Positions 62,697-64,000 of a stretch of 64,000 nucleotides of DNA are shown here, piece by piece. The first letter of the stretch is position 1, and every line of letters begins with the position of its first letter. The position numbers were made by a program, and so were the translations under genes. Origin of the DNA: Sminthopsis crassicaudata. Lineage: Eukaryota. The stretch is taken from positions 291,167,765 through 291,231,764 of the forward strand of contig NC_133620.1 of the NCBI RefSeq assembly GCF_048593235.1, in the 5' to 3' direction. Under the pieces are notes generated by a model that worked only from the letters and a program-made list of their open reading frames with translations, searched no databases and was not told where the DNA came from.

Positions 62697-64000
62697 ATGG
62701 AGCTGTGGCCAGGGCCATGGACAATGCTGCTGCTCTTTCTGTTGCTACTTTTGCTGCTGGTGCCTGTGCTCTGGGGTTACAGCACCAGTGCCAAGTACTT
62801 CTGCAAAATGGCCTTCTACAACGGCTGGATCCTTTTCCTGGCAGTGCTGGCCATCCCTGTGTGTGCTCTTCGAGGACGAAACGTGGAGAACATGAAGTGA
62901 GAGAGAAACCCAAGGAATGGGGAATGAAAACAGGGTGGGGGAAATGGATTACTAGAGGTACCAGGCACAAGGGATTACAGAGTGGGGAAGATATAGAAGG
63001 ACCCAGGGGAGAAAGATCATACACATAAGGCAAAAAAGAAACAGAAAAAGAGAAGGGAAAATTGAGATGGAGAAAAAGATAGATGCAAGAAGATGAGGGT
63101 GGGGTTAAAGGAATACTAGGGAAATAAGTAGAAGAACTATGTGATCCTTTCTGCCAAACACTCAACTGTGGTATCCTGGGTCTATCCCCATAGGATCCTT
63201 CGACTAATGCTGCTGCACATCAAGTACCTGTATGGGATCCGGCTGGAGGTTCGAGGGGCCCATCACTTCCCCCCCTCCCAGCCCTATGTTGTTGTCTCCA
63301 ACCACCAAAGCTCCCTTGACCTACTAGGTAAGACAGTCCTCTCTCATAACCATAGGAAAATTTCTCCCCGAGTACCCTCTTCTCCCTCTAGGTTTTAAAA
63401 CTCTCATCTCCAAGGAGCCTTCTACCCTAGAGATATTCATTACCCCACACCCCAGATACATTGGTTCCCAATGGGAAATGTTCTTAGAGCCTCTCACCTT
63501 AGAAAGTATTGCTCCCCCTTTCCCTACTGTTTTCTCCTTGAGAATTTCCTCCCCATCTATATTAGGAACTTCTCTTCCCTCTTCTTCCTTCCAAACCTTA
63601 AGGTCTCTCCTGCCTTCCTCCTTCTACCCCTCTCCACCTGGTGTCTGATCTCCCTTTAAAGAACTTTCCCTGGGAGGTAAATCTCCCTCCAAATTACTTC
63701 TCTCCCCTCTAAAATAGTCTTGACACCCTTTGGGTGTCACTTTCCTGTCATTCCATTACTCTTCCTCTCAAGTAAAAGCACTTTCCCTTACTGTCCCACA
63801 ACCTATTTTCTGCTCTTTACACTGAGAGTGAATATCATACTCACTGGCTCCTATCACTACTATTTCCCTGCCTTAGGAATGATGGAAGTGCTCCCAGGTC
63901 GTTGTGTACCCATCGCCAAGCGGGAACTGCTATGGGCTGGGCCAGCAGGGCTAGCGTGCTGGTTGGCTGGAGTCATCTTCATTGACCGGAAACGGACTGG
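62697..64000 (+). CDS. AGPAT1: 1-acyl-sn-glycerol-3-phosphate acyltransferase alpha (partial, runs off window)
   Basis: Coding exons 62697-62896, 63194-63327, 63877-64000+. MELWPGPW...KMAFYNGWILFLAVLAIPVC, catalytic NHQSSLD motif, PIAKRELL, GVIFIDR. Confidence 0.98.

Overview
This is mammalian genomic DNA from a marsupial, probably an Australian dasyurid (inferred from WSINE1-type CORE-SINEs, marsupial L1 3' ends and an OC1-like hAT MITE). It covers the class II-proximal end of the MHC class III region, in the conserved order NOTCH4(+), GPSM3(+), PBX2(+), AGER(+), RNF5(-), AGPAT1(+, runs off the end). GPSM3, PBX2, AGER and RNF5 reconstruct as intact multi-exon CDSs (161, 430, 404 and 180 aa), and the AGPAT1 exons present are also intact. 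The main result is that NOTCH4 here is a heavily decayed pseudogene. About 19 exon remnants lie between 13.6 and 36 kb, with at least 11 in-frame stops, many frameshifts, broken splice sites and missing exons. A ~4 kb intragenic inversion (29.7-33.7 kb) flips exons 20-24 (last EGFs, LNR, HD, TM) and is flanked by an inverted duplication of exon 20, consistent with staggered breaks. A CpG island with many promoter motifs survives over the dead ANK exons. The first 40 kb contains many young L1, SINE and LTR insertions, including an L1 nested in an L1 in the opposite orientation. The 40-64 kb gene block carries only ancient MIR/L2. NOTCH4 exon numbers follow human NOTCH4 as I recall it; no database search was run.
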